A stretch of 64,000 nt of DNA from the human T2T-CHM13v2.0 reference genome, Homo sapiens. Both the position numbers and the translations under genes were made by a program. This document shows positions 11,501-25,670 of the stretch, in pieces. The stretch lies in the NCBI RefSeq assembly GCF_009914755.1, contig NC_060926.1; one strand, given 5' to 3'. The notes under the pieces are model-generated. The model made no database searches, was not told the DNA's origin, and was given only the letters and a program-made list of their open reading frames with translations. The first letter of the stretch is position 1; the number at the start of each line of letters is the position of its first letter.

Positions 11501-14429
11501 TGCGTTGATCCACACTATTTGTGGAATATGTCAATGCAGATAATTCTTAGGAAAATGTAATTTCCACCCTGAAGATTTCGTTTCCCAATTTAAATATGTC
11601 CCGCTCGTTTCTGTGTGAGGCTGGTGTGAGGGATGGCTCAGGTTCTGAAGGGGCTTAAAAGCTAGTTAAAGCGACGCAAGTTTAAGGCATTATGTTTTCA
11701 GAGCCAATAGGATTCCAAGGTCGTGATCATTTCTCATTAAAAAATAATCATAAAAAATTAAGACTTCAAAGGGAAGTTGAAGTTCCTTCCTGGAACAACC
11801 CGGCCCATAGGAAGGAGAAACAATGGAGTTAGATCCTTAGGCTAGCTTTTCCTCTTCTGGGAAGGAAGTGTGAGATCTATGGGCCTGGCAGTAATCTGAG
11901 ACTCCAGGTCCTCCCTCCGCCCTGGCTGCAGAGGCAGAGGCTAGAAAGGTAGCCTATGGAGAATCTCCTGGGGCTGACCCTGGAAGGGGTGCGGAGGGAG
12001 AATACCCATCTATGCATGACAATTGCTGAAGTGTATCCTTTTTTGCTAGCACCGCTCCTATCCCCACAGTGCCCTGAAAAGCAGAGACAGGGAGATGAGG
12101 AGATTTACCCTGTGAGGCCAGCACGCCTGAGATGTTCTCTGTTTCTGATCCTTCCGCAGAAGTCACAGAGCCAGGGTCAGGGGCCAGGTTTTTTAACTTC
12201 AAGTATATTGCTCATCTAACAAAACCAGACTAAGGACATAACAATTTAAAAATATAATATCCTTAATAACTATAAAAACTACCACTGATCTTAAGTCTTC
12301 TATGTGTGTTACCATGCAGGTGCTGTCTTTAAATAGTCCCTATCTGGCAAAGGAACTTAAGAGTTATCTAGTTTGGACCCCCATTTATAAGGATGAGAAC
12401 ACTGAGGGCCGAGGAAGGGAAGAGACATAGTGGCTTGTTGTCACATCATTCTTCTAGACAGTTGTGCAGCTGCCTCCAGAAAATCATGCTTGCCTTCATC
12501 TCTGTATTCCCAGAAGTCCACATGGGTCCTGGCACTGCAGCGCTTATCAAAAATATGTCAAATGCATGAAAAGAAACCAGAGATATCCTTAGTGTCAAAC
12601 CAGAGAAATGAGTCTAATAGTTACTCGGAGCACGGGAGTCTGATAAGAATCTCATGGCCAAGCTAGTTATGCCAAGGGCAGGAAGGCAGCAATGGAGGAG
12701 GAAAGCAATAAGCAACTGGTGAGTTGGAGACTGCACACAGCTTTCTTCATTATCTAGGAGACTTTGTCATTTTTAATATATTGGATTCTGCTGGCAGCTG
12801 GGATGGTATACAAAGCTGTAAATACTATAAAGTACAGTCATGATCTGATTGAATGTCTAAGCTCTTTATACCAGTTAAAAGACTGAAATCTAGAATATCT
12901 GAGCTTCCTAAACAAGCACCTGTAACATTTGTTTCTGAGCTTTCACATAGGATCTGGTCAATGGCTGGCCATCTACAAATATATGTAGAAAGAGTGAATA
13001 TTACGTTTAACACATTGCTGCACCTTCACAAAGCGGTTGTGGCTTGATATCTTTTCGCCAGGAACAATTTTCAGGAGAATAGTTCAGAAGTTGTCTCAAT
13101 GTGAGTAAGAAGGGTATTTTGTATGGTTTTTACATTGTTAACCAGGGTCAGATTGAAATTTCTAGAGACACTTAGAGGACTGGTTCAGGGAGGTTCAGCC
13201 CAGTGGCTATATGCAACTGCTCCTGGTAGCCAAGCCTCCACTGGACTGTTCTCCTTTAAATAAGTTTAACAGTCTCTCAACTCCACCCATCTAGCTGGAT
13301 TTTCAGATAGTTCCCCAGAGAGTTTATCTTTAGCTTATAGTCATTACAAGGAGAATTTTGTCAAGCTTTATTTTCTGTAATTTGCGTTTCTTAGGTTGCA
13401 TATCTCTCCTTTTCCAAATACAAACATGCAATGTTTTTTAAAATACTTTTTTAAGCCATACACATATCATCCATCTCCAAAGAGATTCTGACTTTACTCC
13501 ATGGGAAATGCTTCTGTGCGTCGTAACCCACCAGAAGGCCAGACCAGACCAGTGGACTCAATAACCCATATCACTGAGTCCTACAGTGGTGGTCCTTGGC
13601 AATTAAAAGGCAGTGTGTTGTAGAAAGATCAAGGATTTTAGAAAGAGAAAAGCCGTGTCTCATATTTCAATACTGCAACTCTCTCAATATGTGAATTTGG
13701 CTGTCACTTAGACTCTCCGAACCCAACTGTCACTTATAAAATTGAAATACTGGTAAGTTTCTCCCTGGTTTTAAAAATAATCTGTTGACAGGATTAGCTT
13801 GGTAGGCGTGGTGGACCAGAACTACAGAGATCAAGGTGTGGGGAAAGGGCCAGGCTGACACATGGCCCTGCCTTGTTCTTTAGTTTGAGCTGTTTAGTTG
13901 CAGATTGTCCCAAGAGGCAGTCTCAAAGTCTTCAACATTCCTATTGGCTTGCAAATACCTTTCCCGGGGAGAAGGGCCTGGAAAATTGTATCTTTATTAT
14001 TGGACACAGCTTCGCAGTTCTCATCCATGAAGGCTATTGACTCAGTTTCCCTGTGGCCCATTTGCTAACAATAGCTTAACTCCCATGGTGTAGGTGCATA
14101 AATAATTCACTTCCATGTCCAGTTAGTTCTGGGGTTTAGCAAAATTGTCATTGTATTTATCATGATACCTAAGTCACTCCACGGAGATCTTATACATATT
14201 TATAAATATATGTGTTACTCTACTCTTTTCTTGATTAAATAATTATATATAACTTTAGGAATAGAAATCAAAAGATCAAAAGGATAAAGGGGGAAAAAGT
14301 AAATAGCTTAAAAATCCAAGGTGATAATCTTTAGGACTGAAGATAAATTTAGTTCTTTCTCTTCTCTATCTTCGTTTTAAACTTCATCTCCCTCTTTCCT
14401 TTCCCTCCCTCCCTTCCTTCCTTTGTGTA

Positions 14430-14800
14430 TTTATTCAGTCAGACAATCAATCAGCAAATATTCCTGAGAAACTTTTCTGCATCACACATTGCACAGGAAA
14501 TACAGGCAAAAGAAATAGAATATCCAGAAAATTCTTGAGCTCAGGCTATAATGGAGAAGCTGACAAATTACATGACCACTGTGCTCCGTGAGAATTTCTG
14601 TTCGTAGGTACACCTGAGGAGTATGGGAAGACTTGATCCAGCCTGCACGGAGGTAAAGAAGGACTCACTGGAAAAGATCATGGCCAAATTGAGTCCTGGA
14701 GAATGAGTAAGCGTCCATGAAGCAAAAATGAGTATTTTTAGGTAGAGGTATCAAAAGCCTATAGGTATGAGACTATGGTATGTTCCAGGCAGCTGCTATC
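14430..14800 (-). mobile_element. L2 fragment
   Basis: Antisense L2 3' end pattern starting tattcagtcagacaatcaatcagcaaatattcctgag. Confidence 0.6.
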
Positions 14801-15610
14801 CAAATCCAAAATCAATAGGCTGTAAAATGCACCATGTTTGAGTCAATAAAAGTTATTCAATAGTCAAAGAAAACACACTTTCTTGTTTTGAAACTCTGAA
14901 CAATTCTTTTTCAGGAATTATAAAGAGCATACAGTGATATCATAAGCAAAGTTCTTAGAATAAATTTTGTTATAGACATAGATATAGATGTTGCCTAATT
15001 ACATCTTATAGTCTTTTAGGGGGCCTAAAAAGCATGTTCTTAGCATTAAATGGGTGGTACAACATGCCAGAGAGTATAAATTCTTAAGGAAGGGAGATAG
15101 TTTCATGGGGACTGGGGCTTTCTAGGAAGACTCTTTGCAAAGATACCTCTATCCTTGAGTATTGATTAATTTCCCAAAATTAAAATATGTACCAAAAGGG
15201 GTGATAAATGACCCTTTGCTTCTGGGTTTGCTGACAGCTGGGCCTGAGCCTTGAATTTTGAGGTGTTCATATTGTAGAGCACCCCAAAAGGCTAGCCCCA
15301 ACTGGGCAGAATCAATGCAGGCGCATTGACAGTGGATTCCATCTGATGTTATCAGCTCAGGGAGTTAAACAGGACTTGGTCCACTTGGGCCATGTTCTCC
15401 CTGGATCCCAGGTCTAATGAAGTGGCTGCTTTCACCAAGATTCATGCTTTACACTGTCAGTATTATACCACCTGGAGAAAATTGTTTCTTCCTTTTAAAA
15501 AATAATTTCCAGAAGCTTATTTCTTTATACATACTAAGGAAAACATGGCTTCACATGTCTACAGACATGATAGGGGATGCAATTCATATGTTTATATCCT
15601 AACTTCCTAA

Positions 15611-15917
15611 GTGATGGTATAGGAGGTGAGGCCTTTGGGAGGTGATTAGGTCATAGGGGGGCAGGCAGAACCCTCATTAATGGGATTAATGCCATTATGA
15701 AAGAAACCCCATTGCAACCCGCGACCCCTTGAGCAATGTGAGATGACAGTGAGAAGACGGCTGTCTACGAGGAATGGGCCTTCACTGGACACGGAATCTG
15801 CTGATGCCTTGATCTTGGATTTTCCAGCCTCCAGAACCATGAGAAATCAATTTCTGTTGTTTTATATGCTACCTAGTCTATGGTATTTTGTGATAGAAGC
15901 CTGAATGGCCTAAGACA
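15611..15917 (+). mobile_element. MLT1A-like LTR (5' truncated)
   Basis: gaggcctttgggaggtgattaggtcat..ccagcctccagaaccatgaga..ctaagaca. Confidence 0.85.
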
Positions 15918-17284
15918 GGGGTTGAAAGCATAGGAATAGGGTAAAACGTTCTTGGTCTGAATTTTGGTTTCGCCTCTTTGAAGCTGAATAATGTTAGGCA
16001 AGTTATTGAACTTTTCTGTGTTTCAGTTTCTTCATTTGTAACTTGGGGATGATATGTGTGTGTCTAATGTAATGTTTTCCTAGTATAGTGTACACAAGAG
16101 ATGCAATAATGACATTATTATTATTAATTGATGGCCATTTTAGTTTATCTTAATTTGCTTCCTGGGAACCTCTGGGACAGACATTTCCTTAGAGGAGAGA
16201 AAAAGGAGTAATTACAAACTGGCTGCCAGTGGACCCATAAGCTCCCTGGGAGTCCATTGTAAGGGAATCCTTGTGTTCCATGTACCTAATGGGCCTGATA
16301 GGCAGAAACAACAAAATGCAGAAGGTATGCTCAACCGGTGGAGCCAGGGCCAGGGCTGGAAGTGACCTCAGGTGTCCCCATGCATGGCAGTTAAATCGCT
16401 CAGGAGAGATCCTATGGAAACTAGGATGGGATGCCAGGAGGTGTTGCAATATTATTTTAGAGGATTCATCTGCTTAGTATTATGCTTCCCCTCATTTAAC
16501 CCTCAGAGGTTTTGGATTCTGTCTGGTGTGAAAATTTTTTTCTGTTTAGAAAGAGTTCCGCTCATTACTTTAGCAGACGGCACATGGGGAGAACTTGTTT
16601 ATCCTGCTAAGTGAGTCATCAATATCCTGCTCTATACTAAGCCATGGAATGGCAGACTTGGAAGGGACCTCAGGGCTCATCCAGCTCAGCTCCCTCATGT
16701 TACCACTGCAGAAATGTGTGCCCTGTGAAGAGAAGGACTTGCATAAAATGACACCATGATGGAGCTGACCCTAAAATACAGGTCTCCTGATTCCACCTCA
16801 TGTGTATTCTAGTAAATGCAACAGACACCTACTGAATTTTGGAGGGATGAAGGGCAAAGGGAACAGTGCTAGACATCATACACATTGTTTTCCAAATTAA
16901 CCTTTCAGCAGCTCTTGAAGCAATTCATATTTAAGAAGGGAAACACGCCACTTTGTTAAGAATATGTAAATTAAAAAATAGCACCATCATTCCCTCTACA
17001 TACAAAGTATTTGTGTATTTACACCCAGCCACTGTGCTAGGTGCAAGAATATGGTAGAGAATAAAACAGGTACCAACTATGGTTTTGCCCTCATTGAGTT
17101 TATAATCCGGTGAGCTCTAGAATCTATACTACTATACTGGTGGTTTTAAAATTGGTTACATGAAGTACTAGAGTCCCACAGAGATGCCTCAAGGTCTACT
17201 TTGAGGCCATTGAAGTCAGAATTCTTTTTGGTTAATCCACTAAATGAGTTCCTGCTTCTTTCCTTGTATTACTCAGAAAATCTT

Positions 17285-17780
17285 CAGCTGTAAGTGCAAA
17301 AAGTTAAATTCTCTTGACAACAACAATAGAAACAATATAATATATTGGAAATCTTCTATCAAATAAGTCAGGATCCAATAACTTGAATGAGGACATCAGG
17401 ATTTTCTCTTTCTCCCTTTCTCTCTGCCTTGCCATTCTGCTTATCTCTGCTTGGCTTCACTAGTCACAATCTACCTCCAAATAGCAGATAATATGACTGT
17501 TGGCAGCCCCAGATTTACAACCTTCCAGCAGAAAGAAACATTCCCTCTTCCTATATCTATATACCACTCTCAGGAAAGAATCTTGTAGGTTCTGCTTGAG
17601 TTGCTTGCTTGTCTCTGGACAAGTCACTGGAGGCAAGCGTATAGGGATACCCTTACTAGTAGCTAGTGCTCAGGTGTCAACACCTGTGGAGGGGGTACAG
17701 GGCACTATTATTGACAATCCCACCAGGATAAAAAAGAATGGCAACAGAAAGACAGGATGAGAATGTACAGGCCGGTGGGA
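17285..17780 (-). mobile_element. Old MaLR LTR (MLT1J/K-like)
   Basis: Degenerate pattern match only. Confidence 0.45.
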
Positions 17781-20534
17781 GGACCAAAGGTCGATTACAC
17801 ATTTTCTTTCTCTTTAAGTTGATATAGATCTCTATGACCTTATTCTACTTATTGTTTTTTTTTCCAAAATTAATTAATAGCAAAGATGATTCCTGGCAGC
17901 TCAAAATAACACACAGAAAAAATGAAATTCAAATCCCTGACCTCAGGTAAAAGGCAAAAAAGGAGTGATCATTGTATGATACTAGATATCCTAGCTGGGA
18001 AAAGACATGAACATTGAGGACACAATTTCAGCCCTGAGTTTCAACACTTTAGGCAAAAATAGAAGAGTGGGTACAAGATTCTCATTGTCTTTGTTACACA
18101 CTTTGCTTATACAACACACTTTTTGCTAATACTGAAATCTTGTTTAGTTTGCCATAGCCACTTTTGTCTATGAGGCATTCATGTATTATTTTTTTTTTCT
18201 GAATCAGCAGATGGTCCTTCCCTGCCACCCTTGGTGGCCTTTTTATGTCTTTTGTGAGTCTTTTTTGAAAAATGCACCCATCCATCATCTTTTAAAAATG
18301 TTATTCAAATGAGAGAGCCATGCTATTAAGAGCTGAGAGTGTTGAGGAAAAAATGACTGTGCTGCAAATTAAATAATCAACTTAGATGTTATCAGACCCT
18401 GATGAAGATCAGCTACAACGATCTTCCCTTCGATGCGACTGTTTCCTTCCTGTCTCGTAACGAGATGGGACCATGACGACTCATAAATAAGGTCAATGTA
18501 ATTGAGAAAGTCACTGTAAAGAAGTTTTCTTTAGAAAATTTTGACATCAGTGATGGTGATTTTGGATGCATTATTGCAGTATTATCAGAGGCAATCCCTC
18601 CACTTTCCAGACAGGAGAATCCACAAAAATTTTATAAAAAGGCAAAAAGAGCTGATGTGCCTAAAAATGAATGATCCTAAGAGCCAATTAACCTAAATTC
18701 TGTTTCTAGTTCAGCTTCTTATTTGCTATGTGGACCTGTCAAAATCCCTTCCTTATTTGGACTTTGTTTTCAAAATCTGTAAAACACCAAGTCCTGGTGT
18801 GTATAATTAATGACTAGGATTTCTTCTGGCTTTAAATGATCATATATGGATAATATTTTAAGAGTATTGGTCTTAGAACCCTATGCCTATTTGATTGTTA
18901 AGTGACAATATTGTTTTCACATGTAGTTTTTGGAAATTAGTCTTAATAACAAAGTCTCATATTTTTAAAAATATATTCCTTTTATCCTGTTTTTCTTAAC
19001 AAAACTTACATTTTTCTGAGAAGGTTGTCGAATATTCCTCACTCCTACTAGTTTGCTTTATATGAGTAATCATCTTCCTTAATATACAAGAAATAATGAG
19101 AGATTTAAAGTTTCCTTAAAGCAATTTTTCTCTGTAGCTTGTCTTTATGACGTGTACTTAGGTCTGTCAATTGTCAAGGAGACTTGTTCTACCCCATCCA
19201 CCTTATAAGAGTGGATTCCAAAGTCAAGGTTACCTTTCCCTGCCTCCAGAGAAGGGGCCAGAGATCCCTACATGAGAAGAGGATTTAACTTTGTACATTT
19301 GGTTCTTCTACCTTCATGAAGGTGGTGTGTTGAAAATGGGAAATGGAGGATTCGTCTAAGAAGGCTGAGAGTCATCTTCCAGTTCTGTCAATAAACTAGG
19401 TAAATATGTAAGAATTATTAATACCAGTAAACCATTTTGTGGTTTACAATACCCTTCTATAGAAAATATTTCAAATGACCTTCACAAACAACCAGGCAAA
19501 TAGGCAGTATTTGCTGTATTTCTTAGATGAGGCAATGGAGCCCCAGGTGGTTTGACTGAAGTGCCAAGACAGCTAGTAAGAAGCAGGGAGCCAGGCCTGA
19601 GTCCAGCTGTCACCAACCTACTGCAGGAGCCTGGGCTAGCTCTGTGTAGCCTGAGAGTCAGTAGCCCCACAGGTAAACCAGAAACCATAATCCCAGCCTA
19701 ACTCATTCACAGGTATGAGTGTCTTCTGAGAAAACAAAAATATCATTCATTTGTTATTGACGAAAACCCAAGTCTATTTCAATAGCTCCGAAACATGGTC
19801 AAATATCAAAGACCTGAATTTAGCAACTCTTAAAGTCAAAACAAACCAAGCGCCACACAAACTCTGCCTTCTACTTGGAACAAGGTAGTAGTATTAAGCC
19901 CAGAGCCTACCTAGGATTCTATCCAGTGGGGCCTGAGAGGGGTGAAATGAACTTTACATTTGCAATTTTGGTGAGGTTTGAGACTCCATTTGCAAAAAGA
20001 AGTTCCTTTCAATGGAGGAGAGACATTCTTGTGGACAAAAAAACTGGAGACAAAACGGGAAAAAAAAAATCACAGATTTGAAACCCTTACAAAAATAACA
20101 AATGAATAATTTACACTTTCCCTTGGTTTATTGAAAAACATTGGAACATTTTCTTACTCAATGCAACTCTTGAATTTTCTTCCCGCAGCTATTACTCACT
20201 TAGTCATCTCCATTTTTTAAAGACATTTATTTGGAGTCTGTTGCTCCTGGCTTTTTGTAAGACACCATCAGGCAAAGTGTGGATCTGAGCACCCGCCTCC
20301 AGACTCCTGCCAGCCAAGGCTGAAGCCTTCAGAGGCAGTGTCTTCTTGTCTCTGTCGTCTCTCAGGCTCCCCTTCTGCTGTCTCTAGCCCACCATGTGAA
20401 GCTTATATCCATCCCTAGGCTTAGATCAGTATGAATTCCCCTTTCATCCTTCCTGCTCTTCTAAAGTTCCCAGGTCTTATTCCCGTGCCCCAGACTGCCC
20501 TGCATGTTACATTTGTTGATCCCTTTAGTTTACA

Positions 20535-20630
20535 TAGAGTTGCTAGATTTAGCAAATAAAAATGCAAGATTTCTAGTTACACTTGAATAAGAGAAATCAT
20601 TTTTCAAGTTAGTACATCTTCTGTATATTT
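20535..20630. mobile_element. MER53-like hAT MITE fragment
   Basis: agagttgctagatttagcaaataaaaatgcaaga. Confidence 0.7.
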
Positions 20631-20919
20631 GTGATCCAGCACTTGCAAGAGAAACAGAGAAGGAATTCGTTTTTCTTGCTGCAGAGTGAAAAACTGAGAT
20701 CCAGGAGAGTTAAAGGAGTGGTCCTACATCCCACAGCTGGGGAGTGGTATCCTTGGAATTAGAACTAAGTCTGGCTGACCTCAAAGCTGGTGCTTTTCCA
20801 TGGCAATGCACACTCCATCTATTAAATATAACAGAGTATCTACAGTACTTGACAGTTTTCAAAACACTTTCAAATGCACGATCTTAATTAATCTTCACAG
20901 GAACCCTCGGGGGTAGGTG

Positions 20920-21085
20920 CCATGTTTCATTTGTTCTTAGACATTTTTTTTTCTTTTTTAAATACTTTAACATCTCTGATTTTAGGATATATTTTATTGT
21001 CAATAGTGTCTCAGTCTAACTGGCAGCATTGCTTTTTTTTCTAAGGTGGCATAAAATAATGGCATCTTGGATTTAAGTAATGCAA
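20920..21085 (+). mobile_element. MER104-like TcMar-Tc2 MITE inside a MIR
   Basis: tttaacatctctgattttaggat..actggcagcatt..gtggcataaaataatggcatcttggatt. Confidence 0.65.
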
Positions 21086-23559
21086 TATTATTATGTACTT
21101 TCTACACCTGAGGAAACAAACTCAGGGAAGCTGGTCTCTAATCTAAGGTGGTATACACTGTAGTTAAACCTATGTCTTTCTGACCTTCTACTACTCCCAG
21201 GCTGAAAGGAAATTACACAGACTTTCCCCCCAAGACACACAATGGAGCCAGTGGGTTCGGTGAACGATGCCAGAAATCAAATTCTGCTTCTAGTAGGAGG
21301 GAAGCATTGTGTATCCCCACCCCATGTTTCTGTGTAAGCTTAGATAGCTTAAAGACTGGGTAGGGAAAGAACCTGGCAAGGGAGGGCTTCCCCGCATACT
21401 GCTCTAAATCTTCCAGGGGAACTTTACAGAGAAAACCACAGCCAGCTAGTTGCAATGTCACACAAATGAAGGATTCAAAGAAACAAGAGGTGGAAGTCCA
21501 CCTTGGTAAAGTCATCCTGTGCTGGACCCCTCCAGCTGCAGAGCACTCCTAACAATGTGCAAACTGCTTGCTCTAAGCCTGGGTTCTGGCACAGTTGCCT
21601 AATGACTCAGGCAGCACTGCTACCACCACTTCCCCTTGGAGGCTGGCTCTACAGTCTAGACTGTGCTGGAGGCGATCATTTTTGATACTGGGCCCACATT
21701 TTCCAGCATGTATTCACAGAACCTCATTCCAAGTGCTGATTTCTTGGGCCCCAAACAGCTATCAGCAGGGAATCTTCATTAGAAAAGAGAAACACATTTT
21801 GCAGGAAAAAGAAGAAGAAAAGCTAGGCATTGATTGCAAGCAATTGATTGAATCAACTGCAAGCATTGATTCATTCTGCGGTTGAATTGATATACACTTC
21901 CAGAGCCTATACGCGAGGGGCATCGCCTGAAAGATGACCGTTGCAAAAAAGATGATTTGAGTCCTATAGGATTAAAGACATTCAACACGGTCCTTCCTTT
22001 AAAGAAAATGAGAGCCCTCCAGATCAAAACCATATCTGCAGATTGCACTGTATGTTAGTAACAATGGGATGCCTTACACTTCACTTAGCTATCACTAATA
22101 AATCACATTACTTGAGCCTTGCATCATGCATACAGGGGTCAATGTTAATGTTCTCATTTTAGAGACAAAGAAACCAAGGCTCAAAGACCTCAGTAGCCTT
22201 GTTCAAGTTGACAGACTATTAATGGCAGAGTTGGGAGCAGAGTCCAGGTCTCTGACTCTGTGAGCTGTTCTTTTCATTCCTCCAACCCTCAGATAGCAAA
22301 CTTCAGGAAAATTAGAATGGAGAGCAAGTTTTGTTGTGTGAATTTGGGAGAAATTTGAAGGCCAGTGAGGTAGAACAGAGAGAACAGAGTAGAGCCTAGA
22401 AGTGGCTTACAAGTTTATACCACTTTCCCGCAGGCACTGACCTGATGGAGTCTGTACAATGTCTACGAGGAGGAAAGATGAGCGCTAGCATCAGGAATGC
22501 CACAGTCTTCATCTAAGAAGCTAAAGGCTTAGCCTGGGGACAAGGCCTTAGAATAAAAAGCCTCTCAGTGTGAATTAGGGTATAAAGAGGATGATTATCT
22601 CCTCACTCCAATAACCTTGATACAGAATTTTCTTTTAATAGCATCATGCTTCCCCCCATAAAGCCAGCTTTGCTCAAAATGGTGGAATGGAAAGAGAAGA
22701 ACCTTTGGATAGAATACAACTGGGTCCAGGCTATACCACTTCTTGATTTTTGACCTTAGGCAAATCATCCAACCTTCCTGAGCATCAGTTTCCTCACCTG
22801 TAAAATAGAGTTAATATTACCTCTCTCAGGAGGCTTCCATTAGCTCCTTTACTTAAAGCTGATCAGTTGCTCTCTCCCTGGGCTTCCTGAATCCTGCACT
22901 TGCTCGGAGATAGCCTCACACGCCATGTCTGAGTTCCCTTTTTGTTTCTGCCTCCCTTTTACACTTTTGGTTCCTTGAAGATTTCACATCATTGTGCCTC
23001 TAGCACTTGCATCAGTGTCTGGCAAAGCAATGCTCAGAGTCTCAGGGAGGAGGAGCACTGGGAGAGTAGAGAGCAGGGAAGATGGGAAAGAAAGAAAGTT
23101 TAGCAACCTCCAGAAACCTAGAATCTGCCCCCATTCACTCTGAGACCTTTAGCCTCCTCTCTCCCTCTAATCTCTTGAGCCCTTGTCACAACCCCTGCCT
23201 CCAACCCACATTCAGGTGACATCTAAAAGGAGTAGTTTTAGGAAAAAAGAAAATATCTTCACGGGGGTTAGTAAGCTATAATCACTAAAAACTGGTGTTT
23301 TACAGTGACAAAGCTCTTTCACTGTCATTATTCTCTCTTTTGAGTCTAGAAACAACATTCGATGGCAAGATGAACAGGCAGTACTATTGTCATTGCACGG
23401 ATGAAGACAATGAGTCTCAAAGAGGTAAAAACAAATGTCCAAGGTCACACAGTTACAAGCGAGCAAGTCAGAACCTGAAGCCAAGCTGCCTGACTGCCTC
23501 TCTCTATGCCTTCTTTGTGCTTCATCTCTCAAAAACAATGCAAAGCTAATAAGGCTAAA

Positions 23560-23933
23560 AATAATGACAGGAGAAAAATTCCACCGACATCTCAGATGTG
23601 AGTTGGCTCTCCCGGAGTCTCAGCTGGGAGGACTTCACAGCCTACACTTCCTGCTCGCTCATTAGACAGGCCTTCCAGTCCTTTGGAGGAGAGTGGGTCC
23701 TGCAGAACTGGAATGGAAGCTGAATCATGGCAAGCCTGACTGTTTGATCAGAAGAGAATGGTGTGGGTGGTCGCATCCCAGACAGAAGATGCTTGGCCAG
23801 ATGGAGACGCGCCTGCACACTTGGATCCGGATCCGCCGGTGCTGCTCTCTTTTGACTGAATAGACTGTGCTGCAGCCAGGGAGCCACTCGCAGCTCATTG
23901 AGTCCCCGGAATTGTCATGTAGGGACGTGTCCC
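23560..23933 (-). pseudogene. Fossil DHC exon, C-terminal domain
   Basis: Acceptor ctctggtcaccccAG. Frameshifted IQV/RLHLA/VWDATTHTI/LAMIQLP ~ GVYIxGLFLEGARWD..MPVIWLKP. Confidence 0.6.
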
Positions 23934-24599
23934 CTGGGGTGACCAGAGGCCACAGCCAGTCAGGGTGAGAGGCTGGGGCACCCACAAGTGCAGATGCAAC
24001 CTGGTTCTTGGTAAGGAAGTTTGGGCAGTAGCAATAGTGTGGCAAAGACGCTATTTATACAACACCCATCTGGTGAGCATTCTGTGTGCTTCCCGTCAGG
24101 CACACAAGTCAAAGACAGCAGGTTCTCAGGCTGAAGTGCAGGACTCACTCTGCCCATGCCCAATGGCCTGCAAGAGCGTCCACTCCAAAATCCTCCCACT
24201 TAAATGGAGGACTACGGAAATGGCCCTCCCTTGTCCCTCTGTGTAATAACCATTCTGCACTCCATGCCAATAATTTCTGATCTTCATAACAATCCTGCTA
24301 AGTAGGTAGGTATCATCAAACTCTTTGTATGTGTGAGGAAATGAGGATTTACAAACATTAAGTAGCTTACCCAAGGTCCACCTGACTTGGTTGGACCTGG
24401 GACAATAAGGCCAGCCAACCTACCAAATGCCTCTGCTGGGGTCACTCAGGTAGTGGGTGACAGAGCTGGAGTTCAGATCAGGTCTCTGGTTTCAAAGCCC
24501 AGTCCACATTTGACCTATGTTTCATACCCTGCCTTCTCCTCTTTGCCCCCCACTCCACTTCCTTGAAGAGAAGAACCCCTGAAATTCATCTCCAGGGCA

Positions 24600-24904
24600 A
24601 GGCAAGATGATGGTTGCTCTCATCGGCCCAGCACTGAGATTTTATATGGCTTCAATCCACTGGAATTTGTAGGCAAATGTTACCCTTTTGTCTTTGGCAA
24701 ACCCAACCGCACATTGCATATTCACAAAGCCAGACTGAGACACTGAGAACTGGGAACTCCTCCTCCTCCTACCACCTCCATCTTCCTCAGCTCTTTCTCT
24801 GCCTATCCTGTTCTTTCTCCTGAGCGCACCCCGGCAGTGCCAGCAGTGCGGCGTCTTCAGCATGCCAGGAGCATGTCTGGCTCCTTGGTGCTCCTTCCGG
24901 AGTC
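24600..24904 (-). pseudogene. Fossil DHC exon, C-terminal domain
   Basis: Acceptor gcttccacAG. SQSGFVNMQCAVGFAKDKRVTFAYKFQWIE ~ WLxGFFNPQSFLTAxxQxxARKxxWPLD. 3' end uncertain. Confidence 0.6.
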
Positions 24905-25468
24905 CTGTGGAAGCTTATGCAGGGTTTGAACATTATCTGGGAAATCATTTGTTTAGCTTCGCCCCCACTCTGTGTAGAATAGAAAGAAAAGAAGGTCAGA
25001 GAAAGGACCTCAGAAGCCCTTTCAGTACATTTATAGACATGAATGAAAGGAGAAAAATATAGATCTATAAATCTAGCCGAAGTTGGAAAAATCCCAGGCA
25101 AACAAACACTGAGTGCTTATAGCTCACTTTAATCTGAGGAGAAAAAAGGAAAGGAGAGCAAAAGGAGGGAGGAAGGGGAAAATGAATGAAGACACCAGCA
25201 TTTACTGACTTCTGTGTCTCTCACCCAGTGGTTGGTGTTTTGAGACCGGAACAAGAGACAGACTTTGTTTTCAGTTTAGATTCATCACTAAATGATGTGT
25301 GACTTTTGGCAAGTCATTTTGCTCTCTAGGCTTTGTTTTACATTCCAAAAATGTTGGGGTAGATATCTCTAAACTCCCATCTAGGCTGATGCATGTAGAG
25401 ATATAGAATCTTTACAGACCAATGCTTCCTCCTGCAATAACTCAGTGAAAAAGAGCAGTCCCCAATAC

Positions 25469-25670
25469 CTCGTGATTGCACACAAAGGCAGCTGGAGTCC
25501 CATGATGAATGTTTGCTCTGGGGCTCAGTGCTGGCTGATGGGGTTGCCTCTTGTGTTTTCATTCTAGCATGATATTCTTTCTTCTTATTCAGGACAAAGA
25601 TCTGGCTAGGTGTTGATGACCAGTAGACTAGGAAGGCCACCATATGTCATTGGCAGATCTGAGCCATCAG
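25469..25670 (-). pseudogene. Fossil DHC exon, end of AAA6 lid
   Basis: Branch-like ctgac plus ttcccttatcctAG, donor GAG|gtattg. SSTPSQIFVLNKKKEYHARMKTQE ~ [22 protein letters not shown]. Confidence 0.7.

Noticed and set aside
23725-25643. Three-exon open spliced ORF (~170 aa) joining 25469-25643, ~24775-24904 and 23725-23933 on minus
   Set aside because: It needs a weak donor in the middle of the fossil exon, and the dynein-like motifs use other frames and extend past that donor. Most likely a by-product of residual openness.
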